DNA of 62,522 nt, filler included, from Thermodesulfobacteriota bacterium (GTDB lineage: Bacteria > DASVDK01), in NCBI GenBank assembly GCA_036381125.1. It is 6 parts of 6 records of this genome, joined end to end, with 100 filler letters (N's around TTAATTAATTAA, not from the genome) between each part and the next. Parts side by side here need not be neighbours in the genome. Positions count along the whole stretch, not along the records: positions 1 to 14,124 come from DASVDK010000276.1; 5 more parts are not named here. One strand, given 5' to 3'. Positions within the stretch are counted from its first letter, which is position 1. Every line of letters begins with the position of its first letter. The notes under the pieces are model-generated. The model made no database searches. It was not told the origin of the DNA and saw only the letters and a list, made by a program, of their open reading frames with translations. The position numbers and the translations under genes were made by a program. Positions 1-8,962 of this stretch are shown here, in pieces.

Positions 1-28
1 GCCATCAGCGGTCTTCAGTGCGGCGCGG

Positions 29-706
29 ATGGAGCGTCAGGTGCGGTTTGCGACCGCCGTCGCGCTGACGCGCACCGCCTACCGGGCGCAAGAGCAGGCG
101 AAGCTCGAGATGCAGCGGATCTTCGATCGGCCGACGCCGTTCACCCTCAACGCACTCCGCGTGACGCCGGCGCGCAAGGATCGCCTCGTCGCCGAGGTCG
201 GGTTCCGCGAGTTCGCGGGCAAGGGGACCCCGGCCACCAAGTACCTGCTGCCGCAAGCGACGGGTGGGGCCCGCCCGGTCAAGCGGTTCGAGAAGCGACT
301 GCAATTCGCGGGGCTCCTGCCGCGCGGTCAGGTCCTCGTCCCGGGCGGGGGCGCGCCCCTCGACGCGTTCGGCAACGTGCAGCGCCGCGTCTACTCGCAG
401 ATCCTCTCACAGCTCAAGGCCCAGGCCGACGAGCGCCAGCACGAAACGGCGCGAAGTCGTCGGCGGCACCTGCGTCGGCGCGGTCCGCGATTCGTGTGGA
501 TGAACCCCGGCAACCGTGGCTGGGGCGTCTGGCAGCGCATCGACTTCGCCGTCGGCTCGGCCGTCAAGCCGATCTTCCTCGCGGTCGACAAGGCGAGGTA
601 CGCGGCGCGCTTTCCCTTCCAGGCGATCGTCCTACGCGTGGCGCGCCAAGCCTATGCGCCAGAGTTCGCGCGGGCACTCCGTGACGCACTCAGGACCGCG
701 CGATGA
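29..706 (+). CDS. Phage virion morphogenesis protein (minor tail gpZ / HK97 gp10-like); may be 5'-truncated
   Basis: N-terminal 'QVRFATAVALTRTA...IFDRPTPFTLN' resembles a conserved lambdoid prophage family; lies upstream of the terminase genes. Confidence 0.6.
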   Translation: MERQVRFATAVALTRTAYRAQEQAKLEMQRIFDRPTPFTLNALRVTPARKDRLVAEVGFREFAGKGTPATKYLLPQATGGARPVKRFEKRLQFAGLLPRGQVLVPGGGAPLDAFGNVQRRVYSQILSQLKAQADERQHETARSRRRHLRRRGPRFVWMNPGNRGWGVWQRIDFAVGSAVKPIFLAVDKARYAARFPFQAIVLRVARQAYAPEFARALRDALRTAR

Positions 707-749
707 TGCCTCGCGACGCGATAGGCGGACCCCATACCCCCACCGTCGC

Positions 750-790
750 GGGTCCTTCCCGCGCCCCGTGGGCGCGGGTGATTCGGACCC
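750..790 (+). promoter_or_regulatory. Putative cos-like packaging site (cosQ-like GGGTCCT plus dyad symmetry)
   Basis: GGGTCCT at 750-756 matches lambda cosQ; nested inverted repeats GGGTCC/GGACCC and CCCGCGCCC/GGGCGCGGG; non-coding gap upstream of terS/terL. Confidence 0.5.
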
Positions 791-840
791 CGATGCTCGG
801 CTAGGGCGAGCCGGCCCGAAATGTGGTCAGGAGGTGCAGC

Positions 841-1062
841 ATGAGCGACACGATCTGGCTCGCCGGCCGCATGCTCACCGGCCAGCCCTGGGAGATCCTC
901 GGCGTCTACGCGACCGAGGCGGAGGCGGTCGCGCGGTGCCGTCGGTGGGAGGACTTCGTTGGGCCCCTCACGCTCGGCGTCGACTTGCCCGAGGAGACCG
1001 CCCCGTGGTCCGGCTGCTACTACCCACAGGCGCGCGCCGCCCTCGAGGGCCGCGAGCCATGA
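841..1062 (+). CDS. Small phage hypothetical protein
   Basis: Strong RBS AGGAGGT at 829-835; ATGA overlap with the next gene. Confidence 0.7.
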   Translation: MSDTIWLAGRMLTGQPWEILGVYATEAEAVARCRRWEDFVGPLTLGVDLPEETAPWSGCYYPQARAALEGREP

Positions 1063-1208
1063 CCGCCCTCTACGTCGCCCTTGCGGTCTTCCTCGGCTGC
1101 TTGGTCCGGTTCTGGTGGCGCGAGGACGCACGCCTCGTCGCCGGCCTCAATGCAGCGGCGGCCATCCTGGCCGCCGTGCGGGCGGTCGAGTCCGCCCTCG
1201 CGAGGTAA
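1059..1208 (+). CDS. Small two-helix membrane protein (49 aa)
   Basis: MTALYVALAVFLGCLVRFWW...AAAAILAAVRAV has two hydrophobic stretches; ATGA-coupled to the upstream gene. Confidence 0.6.
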   Translation: MTALYVALAVFLGCLVRFWWREDARLVAGLNAAAAILAAVRAVESALAR

Positions 1209-1213
1209 CGCCC

Positions 1214-1765
1214 CTGCCGCGCCAAGCCGCCCCGCTCCCGACCCCGCTGAGCCTCCGCGCGTTCGCGCGCACGCTCGGCGTCGCGCTCTCCGCGGTCCAG
1301 CGCGCCATCACCGACGGTCGGATTCCATCGGCCCGGAAGGTCGCCGGCCGGTGGACCATCCCCGACGCCGACCAGGCGCGGGCCGAGTGGGCGGCGCTCT
1401 CGCGGCCGTACGTGAGCGCCGTCTCGCGGAAGCGGCTCCCGGACGAGGCGGCGCCACCGCCAGGCAAGCGGACGAGCAAGGCGTCGCGCCTCACGTTGGC
1501 CGAGGCGACCCGGCGGGAGCGGGAGGCGCGGGCGAAGCTCGCGGAGCTCGAGTACCGGAAGCGCAGCGGCCTCCTCATCCCGACCGCCGAGGCCGAGGCG
1601 ACCTATAGCGCGCAGATCATCCGGGCGCGGACGAAGCTCCTCGCCATCCCGTCGCAGCTCAAGCGCCGCCGGCCCCACCTCACGCCCGAGGACCTGGCCG
1701 ACCTCGACGCGCTGATCCGCGAGGCGCTCACGGAGCTCGCGACCGCGGCGGAGGACGTCGCATGA
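1214..1765 (+). CDS. Terminase small subunit (Nu1-like); probable CTG start
   Basis: N-terminal wHTH 'LSLRAFARTLGVALSAVQRAI', coiled coil 'AKLAELEY..RSGLLIP...RTKLLAIP'; ATGA overlap with terL; GAGGT precedes CTG at 1214. Confidence 0.8.
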   Translation: MPRQAAPLPTPLSLRAFARTLGVALSAVQRAITDGRIPSARKVAGRWTIPDADQARAEWAALSRPYVSAVSRKRLPDEAAPPPGKRTSKASRLTLAEATRREREARAKLAELEYRKRSGLLIPTAEAEATYSAQIIRARTKLLAIPSQLKRRRPHLTPEDLADLDALIREALTELATAAEDVA

Positions 1766-3726
1766 GGCCTGCCACCTTCGGCGCCCGCCTCGCCCGCCAC
1801 TGGGCGCCGCCGCCGCGGCTCTCGCTCGCCGAGTGGGCCGATCGGCACTACGTGCTCCCCGAGGGCGACGCCGCCGCGGGCCGGTGGCGCTGCTACCCCT
1901 ACCAGCGCGGCATCCTCGACGCGATGAGCGACCCGACGATCGAACAGGTCTGGGTCATGAAGTCGGCGCGCGTCGGCTTCACCAAGATGTTCGTCGCGGC
2001 GACCTGCTACTACATCGACCACGATCCCTGCCCGATCCTGATCGTGCAGCCCGCGGTCGAGGATGCCGAGGGGCACAGCAAGGAGGACCTGGCACCCGTC
2101 CTCGAGGCGATCCCGTCGATCGCCGCCAAGATCCGCGAGCCGCGCGCCAAAGACTCGGGCAACACGATCTTGCACAAGGTCTTCCCGGGCGGCTCGCTCT
2201 CGCTCGTCGGCGCCAACAGCCCCCGCGGCTTCCGGCGCGTCTCGCGGCGCGTCGTGATCTTCGATGAGGTCGACGAGTATCCCGCGTCCTCCGGTGCCCA
2301 GGGCGACCCGATCATGCTCGGCATCCGGCGCACGCAGTCCTACTGGGACCGGAAGATCATCGGCGGCTCGACCCCGACCGTGAAGGGCCACTCGAAGATC
2401 GAGCAGCTCTTCCTCGCGGGCGACCAGCGGCGCCGCTATCTCCCGTGTCCCTCGTGCGGGCACATGGCGCCGCTGGTCTTCCGTGAAGCCGAGGGGCGCG
2501 GCCACTGGCTGCGCTGGCCGGAGGGGCGACCCCACGAGGCCCACTTCGTCTGCCGCGCGAAGGGCTGCGTGATCGAGCCCCGCCACTACCCCGCGATGGA
2601 CGCGGCCGGCGAGTGGCGCGCCGAGGCGCCCGAGCACTTCACGCCCACCCATCGCGTCGCGAGCTTCCACCTCTGGGCGGCCTACTCGTACCTGCCCAAC
2701 GCCACGTGGGGCCACCTCGCCGCGGAGTTCGTCGCGGCACAGGCGGCCGGCCGCGAGGCGCTCCAGACGTTCGTCAACACCGTCCTCGGCGAGACGTGGC
2801 ACGACCGCGGCGAAGCGCCCGAGTGGGAACGGCTCTACGAACGGCGCGGCCCCTACCGGTCGGGGACGATCCCTCCGGGCGGGCTCCTCCTCACGGCTGG
2901 GGTCGACGTCCAGAAGGATCGCCTCGTCGTCGACGTGACGGCCTGGGGGCGCGGCAAGCGCTCGTGGCTCGTCGATTACGTCGTGATCCCGGGCTCCGTC
3001 GCCGACCGCTCGCCGGCCGGGCCCTGGGTCCGGCTCGACGCGCTCCTCGCGCGGCCGTATCGCCACGCGTCGGGCGTCGAGCTGCCGATTGCGGTCCTCG
3101 CCATCGATGCCGGCGCCTTCACCGAGGAGGTCAAGGCGTGGGCGCGCGGGCATCCGGCGGTGCGCGTCCTGCCCGTCAAGGGGCAGGCCGGGCCCGGCCC
3201 CATCCTCGGCGCGCCGACGACGGTCGACGTGACGATCGGCGGGCGCAAGCTCAAGCGCGGCATGAAACTCTGGCCGGTGTACGGCCACACCGCGAAGGTG
3301 GAGCTGTATGGGTGGTTGCGGCTGCCGGGGCCGACGGACGAGAACCCTGAGCCGCCGCCCGGCTACTGTCACTTCCCCGTCGACCTCGAGGCGGCCTACT
3401 TCAAGCAGCTGACCGGCGAACAGCTCGTGCCGCGACGCAACAAGCGGGGCTACGTCGTGCAGGAGTGGAACGTGATCCCGGGTCGCGAGAATCACGCGCT
3501 CGACGCGCGCGTCTACTGTCGCGCCGCCGCCGCCGCGGCCGGGCTCGATCGGTTCACCGACGCGGACTGGCGCCGGCTCGAGGCGGCGGTCGGCATCACC
3601 CTGCCGCCGCCGGCCCCGCCGGCGAGTCCGCCGCCGCCCGTCACTCCGCCGCCACCTCCGCCCGCGCGCCGGAGCCTCGATGAGGTCTTCGCGCGGGCGC
3701 GCGAGCGCCTTCGGGGGCGACGATGA
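1762..3726 (+). CDS. Terminase large subunit, lambda gpA family
   Basis: 'MKSARVGFT' Walker A-like, 'VIFDEVD' Walker B, 'STPT', CPSCG zinc ribbon, 'AGVDVQ' nuclease, 'NHALDARVY'. Confidence 0.95.
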   Translation: MRPATFGARLARHWAPPPRLSLAEWADRHYVLPEGDAAAGRWRCYPYQRGILDAMSDPTIEQVWVMKSARVGFTKMFVAATCYYIDHDPCPILIVQPAVEDAEGHSKEDLAPVLEAIPSIAAKIREPRAKDSGNTILHKVFPGGSLSLVGANSPRGFRRVSRRVVIFDEVDEYPASSGAQGDPIMLGIRRTQSYWDRKIIGGSTPTVKGHSKIEQLFLAGDQRRRYLPCPSCGHMAPLVFREAEGRGHWLRWPEGRPHEAHFVCRAKGCVIEPRHYPAMDAAGEWRAEAPEHFTPTHRVASFHLWAAYSYLPNATWGHLAAEFVAAQAAGREALQTFVNTVLGETWHDRGEAPEWERLYERRGPYRSGTIPPGGLLLTAGVDVQKDRLVVDVTAWGRGKRSWLVDYVVIPGSVADRSPAGPWVRLDALLARPYRHASGVELPIAVLAIDAGAFTEEVKAWARGHPAVRVLPVKGQAGPGPILGAPTTVDVTIGGRKLKRGMKLWPVYGHTAKVELYGWLRLPGPTDENPEPPPGYCHFPVDLEAAYFKQLTGEQLVPRRNKRGYVVQEWNVIPGRENHALDARVYCRAAAAAAGLDRFTDADWRRLEAAVGITLPPPAPPASPPPPVTPPPPPPARRSLDEVFARARERLRGRR

Positions 3727-3983
3727 GGCGGTCGCCGAAGCCCCGGCCCCTCACGGCCAAGCAGGCTGAGATCGACCGACTGATCCGCGCGCACTACGCG
3801 ACCTTCGGCGAGGGCCCCTCGATCGCCCTCCTGCAGCGGCGCCTGAAGGTCGGGAAGACCGCGCTTCGCTCGCACCTGGCGGCGCTCGTCTCGAAGGGCC
3901 GGCTCGTCTCCGTCTACTCGCCGCTCACGCCCCGCCTGTCCGAGCACGAGCGCCAGTTTGGGGGCGGTCAGTTTCGACCGTAG
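3723..3983 (+). CDS. Stand-alone LexA-type winged-helix DNA-binding protein (HTH-1)
   Basis: 'LTAKQAEIDRLIRAHYATFGEGPSIALLQRRL...TALRSHLAALVSKG' follows the LexA N-domain pattern; no peptidase domain; ATGA overlap with terL. Confidence 0.75.
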   Translation: MRRSPKPRPLTAKQAEIDRLIRAHYATFGEGPSIALLQRRLKVGKTALRSHLAALVSKGRLVSVYSPLTPRLSEHERQFGGGQFRP

Positions 3984-4016
3984 TCGCGCCGCCTCGGCCG
4001 CGCGACACTCGCGGCC
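3969..4016 (+). promoter_or_regulatory. Putative phage late promoter, copy 1
   Basis: CAGTTTCGACCGTAGT-N19-GACACT-CGCGGCC just before the gpW ATG; repeated with identical spacing at 6101-6148. Confidence 0.65.
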
Positions 4017-4019
4017 ACG

Positions 4020-4226
4020 ATGGCGTGGACGCAAGCCGACATCGAGGCCCTCGAGGCGGCGATCGCGAGTGGAGTCCTGACGGTCCGGGCGCCGGACGGC
4101 CGGACCGTCACGTACCAATCCACCGAGGCGATGCTGCAGGCGCTCGCCATGATGAAGCGCGAGCTCGCCGAGGCGAGCGGCGCGACGCCGCGCTACCAGC
4201 GCGTCGCGACCTCCAAGGGCGTCTAG
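4020..4226 (+). CDS. Head-tail joining protein, gpW-like
   Basis: 'MAWTQADIEALEAAIASGVLTV...GRTVTYQS' is typical of gpW-like proteins; lies between terL and portal. Confidence 0.85.
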   Translation: MAWTQADIEALEAAIASGVLTVRAPDGRTVTYQSTEAMLQALAMMKRELAEASGATPRYQRVATSKGV

Positions 4227-4227
4227 C

Positions 4228-5850
4228 GTGTGGCACTGGGTCGACCGCCTCACGATCGGCCTCTTCCCGCGCGCCACGCTCCGGCGCCTCCAGGCGCGCG
4301 CCGCCGCCGAGTTCCTGCTCCGCCACTACGATGCCGCCGCCGGGACCCGCCGGACCTCCGGCTGGCCGCGCGTCCACGGCGACGCGAACGCCGTCATCGC
4401 CCCGGCGCTCGCGACGGTCCGCGCGCACACCCGCGACCTCGTCCGCAACAACCGCTGGGCGCAGAAGGCGTACCGGGCCATCGGCAACAAGGGGGTCGGC
4501 TGGGGCATCACGGCGAAGCCGGTGACGCCGCCTGGCCTCAGGCTGCCGGCCCCGACGCTCGCGGAGGCCGCGGCGCGCTGGACTGCCTGGGCCGAGACGA
4601 CGGCCTGCGACGCCGCGGGGCGCCATACGTTCTACGGCCTCCAGAAGCAGGCGCTGCGCACCATCGCGCAGGACGGCGAGGTCCTCGTCCGACGCCGCTT
4701 CCGCCGGCTCGAGGACGGGCTCCCGATCCCGCTCCAGCTCCAGGTCCTCGAAGCCGATCACCTCGACACGGCCCGCGACGGCGTGACGGCCGGCGGGAAC
4801 GTCGTCGTCCAGGGCGTCGAGTTCGACGCGATCGGCCGGCGCGTCGCCTACTGGCTCTACCCCGAGCACCCGGGCGCGTCGTTCCGCGTCGTGAGCCGCG
4901 TCGTCGGGACCTCGCGCCGCGTGCCCGCGACGGAGGTGCTCCACCTCTACCGCGCGGACCGGCCGGGGCAGGTCCGCGGCATCTCGTGGTTTGCGCCCTG
5001 TGTGCTGACGCTCAAGGACGAGGACGAGTACGAGGACGCGGTGCTGGTCCGCCAGCGGATCGCCGCGATGCTGACGGCCTTCCGCGTGAGCCTGGACGGC
5101 GTCGCGCAGCCGGGCTCGCTGGGGCCCGAGAAGACCGTGACACGCGGTGACGGCGCGAGCGAGAGCGCCGACCTCCTCGAGCCGGGCACCATTCTGAATC
5201 TCACGCCCGGCGAAGACATCAAGTTCGTGACGCCGCCCGCGACGACCGACCACCCGACCTACCTGACGACCGTCCTGCGCGGCATCGCGGCTGGCTGCGA
5301 CGTGAGCTACGAGGTCCTGACGGGCGACTACAGCCAGGTCAACTTCTCGTCGGCGCGCATGTCCCGGCTCGACCTCCAAGACGCGGTCCACGAATGGCGG
5401 TGGGATCTCCTGATCCCGCACCTCTGTGACCCCGTGTGGGGCTGGGCGATGGAGGCGCTCGAGCTCACGGGCGCCATCCGGGGCCGACCCATGGCCGCCT
5501 GGACGGCACCGCCGCTGCCGATGATCGAGCCCGACAAGGAGGGCCTCGCCTACAAGCGCCTCATCCGCTCGGGCCTCATCACGTGGGCCGAGGCGGTGCG
5601 CGAGCGCGGCTACGATCCCGAGACGCTCATCGAGGAGATCGCCGCCTGGAACCGCCGCTTCGACGCCGCGGGCATCGTCCTCGACAGCGATCCGCGCAAG
5701 ACCTCGGACGCCGGCCTCACGCAGGCCCGCCCGCCCGGGACCGTCGTGCCCGATCCCTCCAAGGTCGGCGATGGCGGCGGCCAGGAGGACGCCGACGACG
5801 AGGACGAGGAGGCCGGCCGCGGTCTCCCCAACGGACACGCTCGCGCATGA
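4228..5850 (+). CDS. Phage portal protein, lambda family
   Basis: 'RDLVRNN', 'DGEVLVRR', 'LQLQVLEADHL', 'GVEFDAIGRRVAYW', 'RPGQVRG', 'GDYSQVNFSSAR'. Confidence 0.95.
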   Translation: MWHWVDRLTIGLFPRATLRRLQARAAAEFLLRHYDAAAGTRRTSGWPRVHGDANAVIAPALATVRAHTRDLVRNNRWAQKAYRAIGNKGVGWGITAKPVTPPGLRLPAPTLAEAAARWTAWAETTACDAAGRHTFYGLQKQALRTIAQDGEVLVRRRFRRLEDGLPIPLQLQVLEADHLDTARDGVTAGGNVVVQGVEFDAIGRRVAYWLYPEHPGASFRVVSRVVGTSRRVPATEVLHLYRADRPGQVRGISWFAPCVLTLKDEDEYEDAVLVRQRIAAMLTAFRVSLDGVAQPGSLGPEKTVTRGDGASESADLLEPGTILNLTPGEDIKFVTPPATTDHPTYLTTVLRGIAAGCDVSYEVLTGDYSQVNFSSARMSRLDLQDAVHEWRWDLLIPHLCDPVWGWAMEALELTGAIRGRPMAAWTAPPLPMIEPDKEGLAYKRLIRSGLITWAEAVRERGYDPETLIEEIAAWNRRFDAAGIVLDSDPRKTSDAGLTQARPPGTVVPDPSKVGDGGGQEDADDEDEEAGRGLPNGHARA

Positions 5851-6059
5851 TCGAGAGCAACACCCTCACCAACCGCGCCGTCACGGCGCTCACCGATCGC
5901 CAGGCCGAGATCGCGCGACTCATCGAGACGCACGTCGCCCTCTGGGGCGAGGCGCCGCCGACCGGCCTCCTTGCCCGCCGCCTCGGCCTGCACCGCCACA
6001 CGGTGCGACGCCACCTCGCGAGCCTCGCCCGCAAGCGCCCGCCCAACCGCCCCGCCTGA
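5847..6059 (+). CDS. Second stand-alone LexA-type HTH protein (HTH-2, 70 aa)
   Basis: 'LTDRQAEIARLIETHVALWGEAPPTGLLARRLGLHRHTVRRHLASL' is paralogous to 3723-3983; ATGA overlap with the portal stop. Confidence 0.7.
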   Translation: MIESNTLTNRAVTALTDRQAEIARLIETHVALWGEAPPTGLLARRLGLHRHTVRRHLASLARKRPPNRPA

Positions 6060-6100
6060 CGCCGCGACACTTTCGGGCCGTCCCGATCTGTCAGGGGCTC

Positions 6101-6148
6101 CACTTTCGGCCGTAGTTTCCGAGCGCGCGCTGCCGCACGCTCGCGGCC
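6101..6148 (+). promoter_or_regulatory. Putative phage late promoter, copy 2
   Basis: CACTTTCGGCCGTAGT-N19-CACGCT-CGCGGCC immediately before GTG 6149; extra partial box at 6068-6081. Confidence 0.65.
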
Positions 6149-8251
6149 GTGAGGATGACGACGCACACCGTCGACCTGCCGCCGCTCAGCGTGCGCGCGA
6201 CGGTGCGGCCCGAGAGCATCAACGCGGAGGCTCGGACCGTCGAGGTCACGCTCGCGGCCGGGTCCCCTGTCGTCCGGTACGACTGGATGACCGGCCAGCG
6301 GTACGTCGAGACCCTCGCGATGGACCGCAAGGCCGTCCGCCTCGAGCGGCTCAACAACGGCGCCCCCCTCCTGAACGCCCACTCTGCCCTCGACGTGGCC
6401 GACGTGATCGGCGTGATCGAGCCCGGCTCCGCGCGGATCGAGTCGGGCGAGCTGCGCGCCCGCGTCCGCTTCTCGAAGCGTGACGACCGGACCGAGGGGA
6501 TCTGGCGCGACGTGCAGGACGGCATCCTCCGCAACCTCTCGGTCGGCTACCGCGTCCACAAGTACGAGGAAACGACCGGCAGCGACGGGACGCTCCCGAC
6601 GCGCCACGCCATCGACTGGGAGCCCTATGAGGGCTCGCTGGTCCCGATGGGCGCCGACGACCGCGCGAAGGTTCGGGCTGACCGGCGCGTCGAGATGAAT
6701 CCCTGCGAGATCGTCAGCCGGGCGCTGCCCGACGAGGAGGCCACGACGATGCCCACCGCCGAGAAGCTGGCCGAGGCGAAGGCCAAGGCCGAGACGGCCG
6801 CCACGCGCGCGGCCGAGGACGCCGAGCCGGCGACCAACGGGGCGGCGCCCGACGCCGAGGCCATCCGACGCGCCGAGGCCGCGGAGACCGCGCGAGCCGC
6901 TGCGCTCATGGATCTCCAGGCCAACGCGACCGTCGCAGCCGCCGGCTTCGACGCGACCTTCTTCCGGACACACCTCGAGAAGAAGACGCCGCTCGACGTG
7001 GTGCGCAAGCTGATCTTCGACAAGCTGACCGCCCAGAGCGACGCCACGGCCGGCGCGAGCCACGTCCGCATCGAGGGCGGCGAGGACGCGCGCGACAAGT
7101 GGCAGCGGGGCGTCCAGGCGTGGCTGATCCAGAAGGCCGCCGTCGGCGACGTGCTCGCGCAGGCGAAGGCCAAGCGGCCGGACCACCCGGCGTTCCGCGA
7201 CGCGCTGGCCGACCCGGGGGAGTTCCGCGGCCTCTCGCTCGTCGACCTCGCGCGCGACTGCCTCGAGGCGGCCGGCATCCGGACGCGCGGCCTCGACAAG
7301 ATGGCGCTGGTCGGCAAGGCCCTGACCCTCCGGAGCGCGGGCTACCAGACGACCAGCGACTTCGCCGTCGCCCTCGAGAACGTCCTGCATAAGACGCTGC
7401 TGGCCGCCTACACGGTCGCGCCCGACACGTGGCGGCGGTTCTGCGCGGTCGGCTCGGTGAGCGACTTCCGGCCGCACGCCCGTTACCGGACCGGCTTCCT
7501 CGGCCGGCTCGAGGTCGTGCGCGAGCACGGCGAGTTCCGCAACAAGGCGATCCCCGACGCCGTCAAGGAGTCGATCAGCGCCGACACGAAGGGCAACATC
7601 CTCGCGCTCTCGCGTCAGGCGATCATCAACGACGACATGGGGATCTTCTCGCGGATCGCGACGCAGGCGGGGCGCATGGTCGCGCTCTCGATCGAGCTCG
7701 ACGTGTACGACCTCCTCAAGCTCAACGCCGGCCTCGGGCCGACGATGAACGACGGCCAGACGCTCTTTCACGCGAGCCACGGGAACATCAACGCGACCGG
7801 CTCGGCGCTGAGCGTCGCGGGGCTCGATGCCGACCGCGTCGTCATGGCGACGCAGACGGACCCGTCGGGCAACGAGACGCTCGACCTGCGGCCCGCGATC
7901 CTGCTGGTCCCGATCGGCCTCGGCGGCGAGGCGCGCGTCATCAACGATGCGCAGTTCGACGTCGACACGGTTTCCGGCGGGCAGACCAACAAGTTCATGA
8001 AGCCCAACAAGGTCCGCGGCCTCTTCCGCGACATCGTCGACACGCCGCACCTCTCGGGCACCCGCCGCTACCTCTTCGCCGATCCGGCCCTCATGCCGGT
8101 CCTCGAGGTCGTGTTCCTCGAAGGGCAGCAGGAGCCGTTCCTCGAGACCCGCGACGGCTGGCGGATCGACGGCGTCGAGTGGAAGATCCGCCACGACTAC
8201 GGCGTCGGCGCCATCGAGGTGCGCGGCGCGGTGACCAACGCCGGCGCGTAA
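6149..8251 (+). CDS. Prohead protease / major capsid protein fusion
   Basis: N-terminal 'GAPLLNAH...DGILRNLSVGY...DWEPYEGSLVPMGAD' HK97-type protease; Ala-rich scaffold linker; C-terminal 'TTSDF...SDFR...LSRQAIINDD...LFHASHGN' capsid. Confidence 0.9.
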   Translation: MRMTTHTVDLPPLSVRATVRPESINAEARTVEVTLAAGSPVVRYDWMTGQRYVETLAMDRKAVRLERLNNGAPLLNAHSALDVADVIGVIEPGSARIESGELRARVRFSKRDDRTEGIWRDVQDGILRNLSVGYRVHKYEETTGSDGTLPTRHAIDWEPYEGSLVPMGADDRAKVRADRRVEMNPCEIVSRALPDEEATTMPTAEKLAEAKAKAETAATRAAEDAEPATNGAAPDAEAIRRAEAAETARAAALMDLQANATVAAAGFDATFFRTHLEKKTPLDVVRKLIFDKLTAQSDATAGASHVRIEGGEDARDKWQRGVQAWLIQKAAVGDVLAQAKAKRPDHPAFRDALADPGEFRGLSLVDLARDCLEAAGIRTRGLDKMALVGKALTLRSAGYQTTSDFAVALENVLHKTLLAAYTVAPDTWRRFCAVGSVSDFRPHARYRTGFLGRLEVVREHGEFRNKAIPDAVKESISADTKGNILALSRQAIINDDMGIFSRIATQAGRMVALSIELDVYDLLKLNAGLGPTMNDGQTLFHASHGNINATGSALSVAGLDADRVVMATQTDPSGNETLDLRPAILLVPIGLGGEARVINDAQFDVDTVSGGQTNKFMKPNKVRGLFRDIVDTPHLSGTRRYLFADPALMPVLEVVFLEGQQEPFLETRDGWRIDGVEWKIRHDYGVGAIEVRGAVTNAGA

Positions 8252-8281
8252 GCGGCGACCGCGGAGAAGGAGAGGACGACG

Positions 8282-8620
8282 ATGGCGAGCAACTACCGGG
8301 GCGAGGGCGACGTGCTGCCGCTCACCGCGCCGATCGGCGGCGTCACGAGCGGGAGCGCCTACCTGATCAGCGGGCTCCTCGTGGTCGCGATGGACACGGC
8401 GGGCCAGGGCCAGCCGTTCAGCGGGAAGACCACGGGACTCTTCGTCCTGCCGAAGGCGACCGGCGAGGCGTGGACCCAGTGCCAGAAGCTCTACTGGGAC
8501 GACACCAACAAGCGGCTCACGACGACCGCCAGCGGCAACACGCTCGTCGGCGTCGCGGCGAAGCCGGCCGGATCGACCGACACGGTCGGCGAGGTCCGCC
8601 TCGACGGCGTCACCCGGTAG
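8282..8620 (+). CDS. DUF2190-family capsid decoration/cement protein
   Basis: 'NYRGEGDVL..TAP.GGVTSG...GLFVLPKA...LYWD'; follows the capsid gene; RBS present. Confidence 0.85.
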   Translation: MASNYRGEGDVLPLTAPIGGVTSGSAYLISGLLVVAMDTAGQGQPFSGKTTGLFVLPKATGEAWTQCQKLYWDDTNKRLTTTASGNTLVGVAAKPAGSTDTVGEVRLDGVTR

Positions 8621-8638
8621 CGCGCGGAGGCGACGGGC

Positions 8639-8959
8639 GTGACGCACGCCGCCGCGCAGCGTGTAGGCGATCGGGCCTTCCTCGCCGTCATGGGCGAGCC
8701 GGTCGTCTACTGGGCGAGCTATGGCGAGCCGACGACCGTCACGGCCTACTTCGAGTCTCCATACAACCGCGTCGAGGTCGGCGAGGCGGGCGTGCAGAGC
8801 GCGGCCCCGGCCGTCTGGGTCCGGCTCGCCGACCTCCCGACCGATCCAGAGGCCGACCAGCGAGGCGCGCGGATCGAGCGCGCCGGCCTGGTCTACCGGA
8901 TCGCGGAGGTCGAGAAGGACGGCGTGGGTGGCGTCCGGCTCCGCCTCCATCGGGCGTAG
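8639..8959 (+). CDS. Head-tail adaptor / closure protein (FII-like)
   Basis: About 106 aa ending 'YRIAEVEKDGVGGVRLRL'; synteny. Confidence 0.75.
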   Translation: MTHAAAQRVGDRAFLAVMGEPVVYWASYGEPTTVTAYFESPYNRVEVGEAGVQSAAPAVWVRLADLPTDPEADQRGARIERAGLVYRIAEVEKDGVGGVRLRLHRA

Positions 8960-8962
8960 CCG

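Noticed and set aside
3600-3670. Proline-rich low-complexity tail of terL
   Set aside because: Disordered C-terminal tails are common in gpA-family terminases
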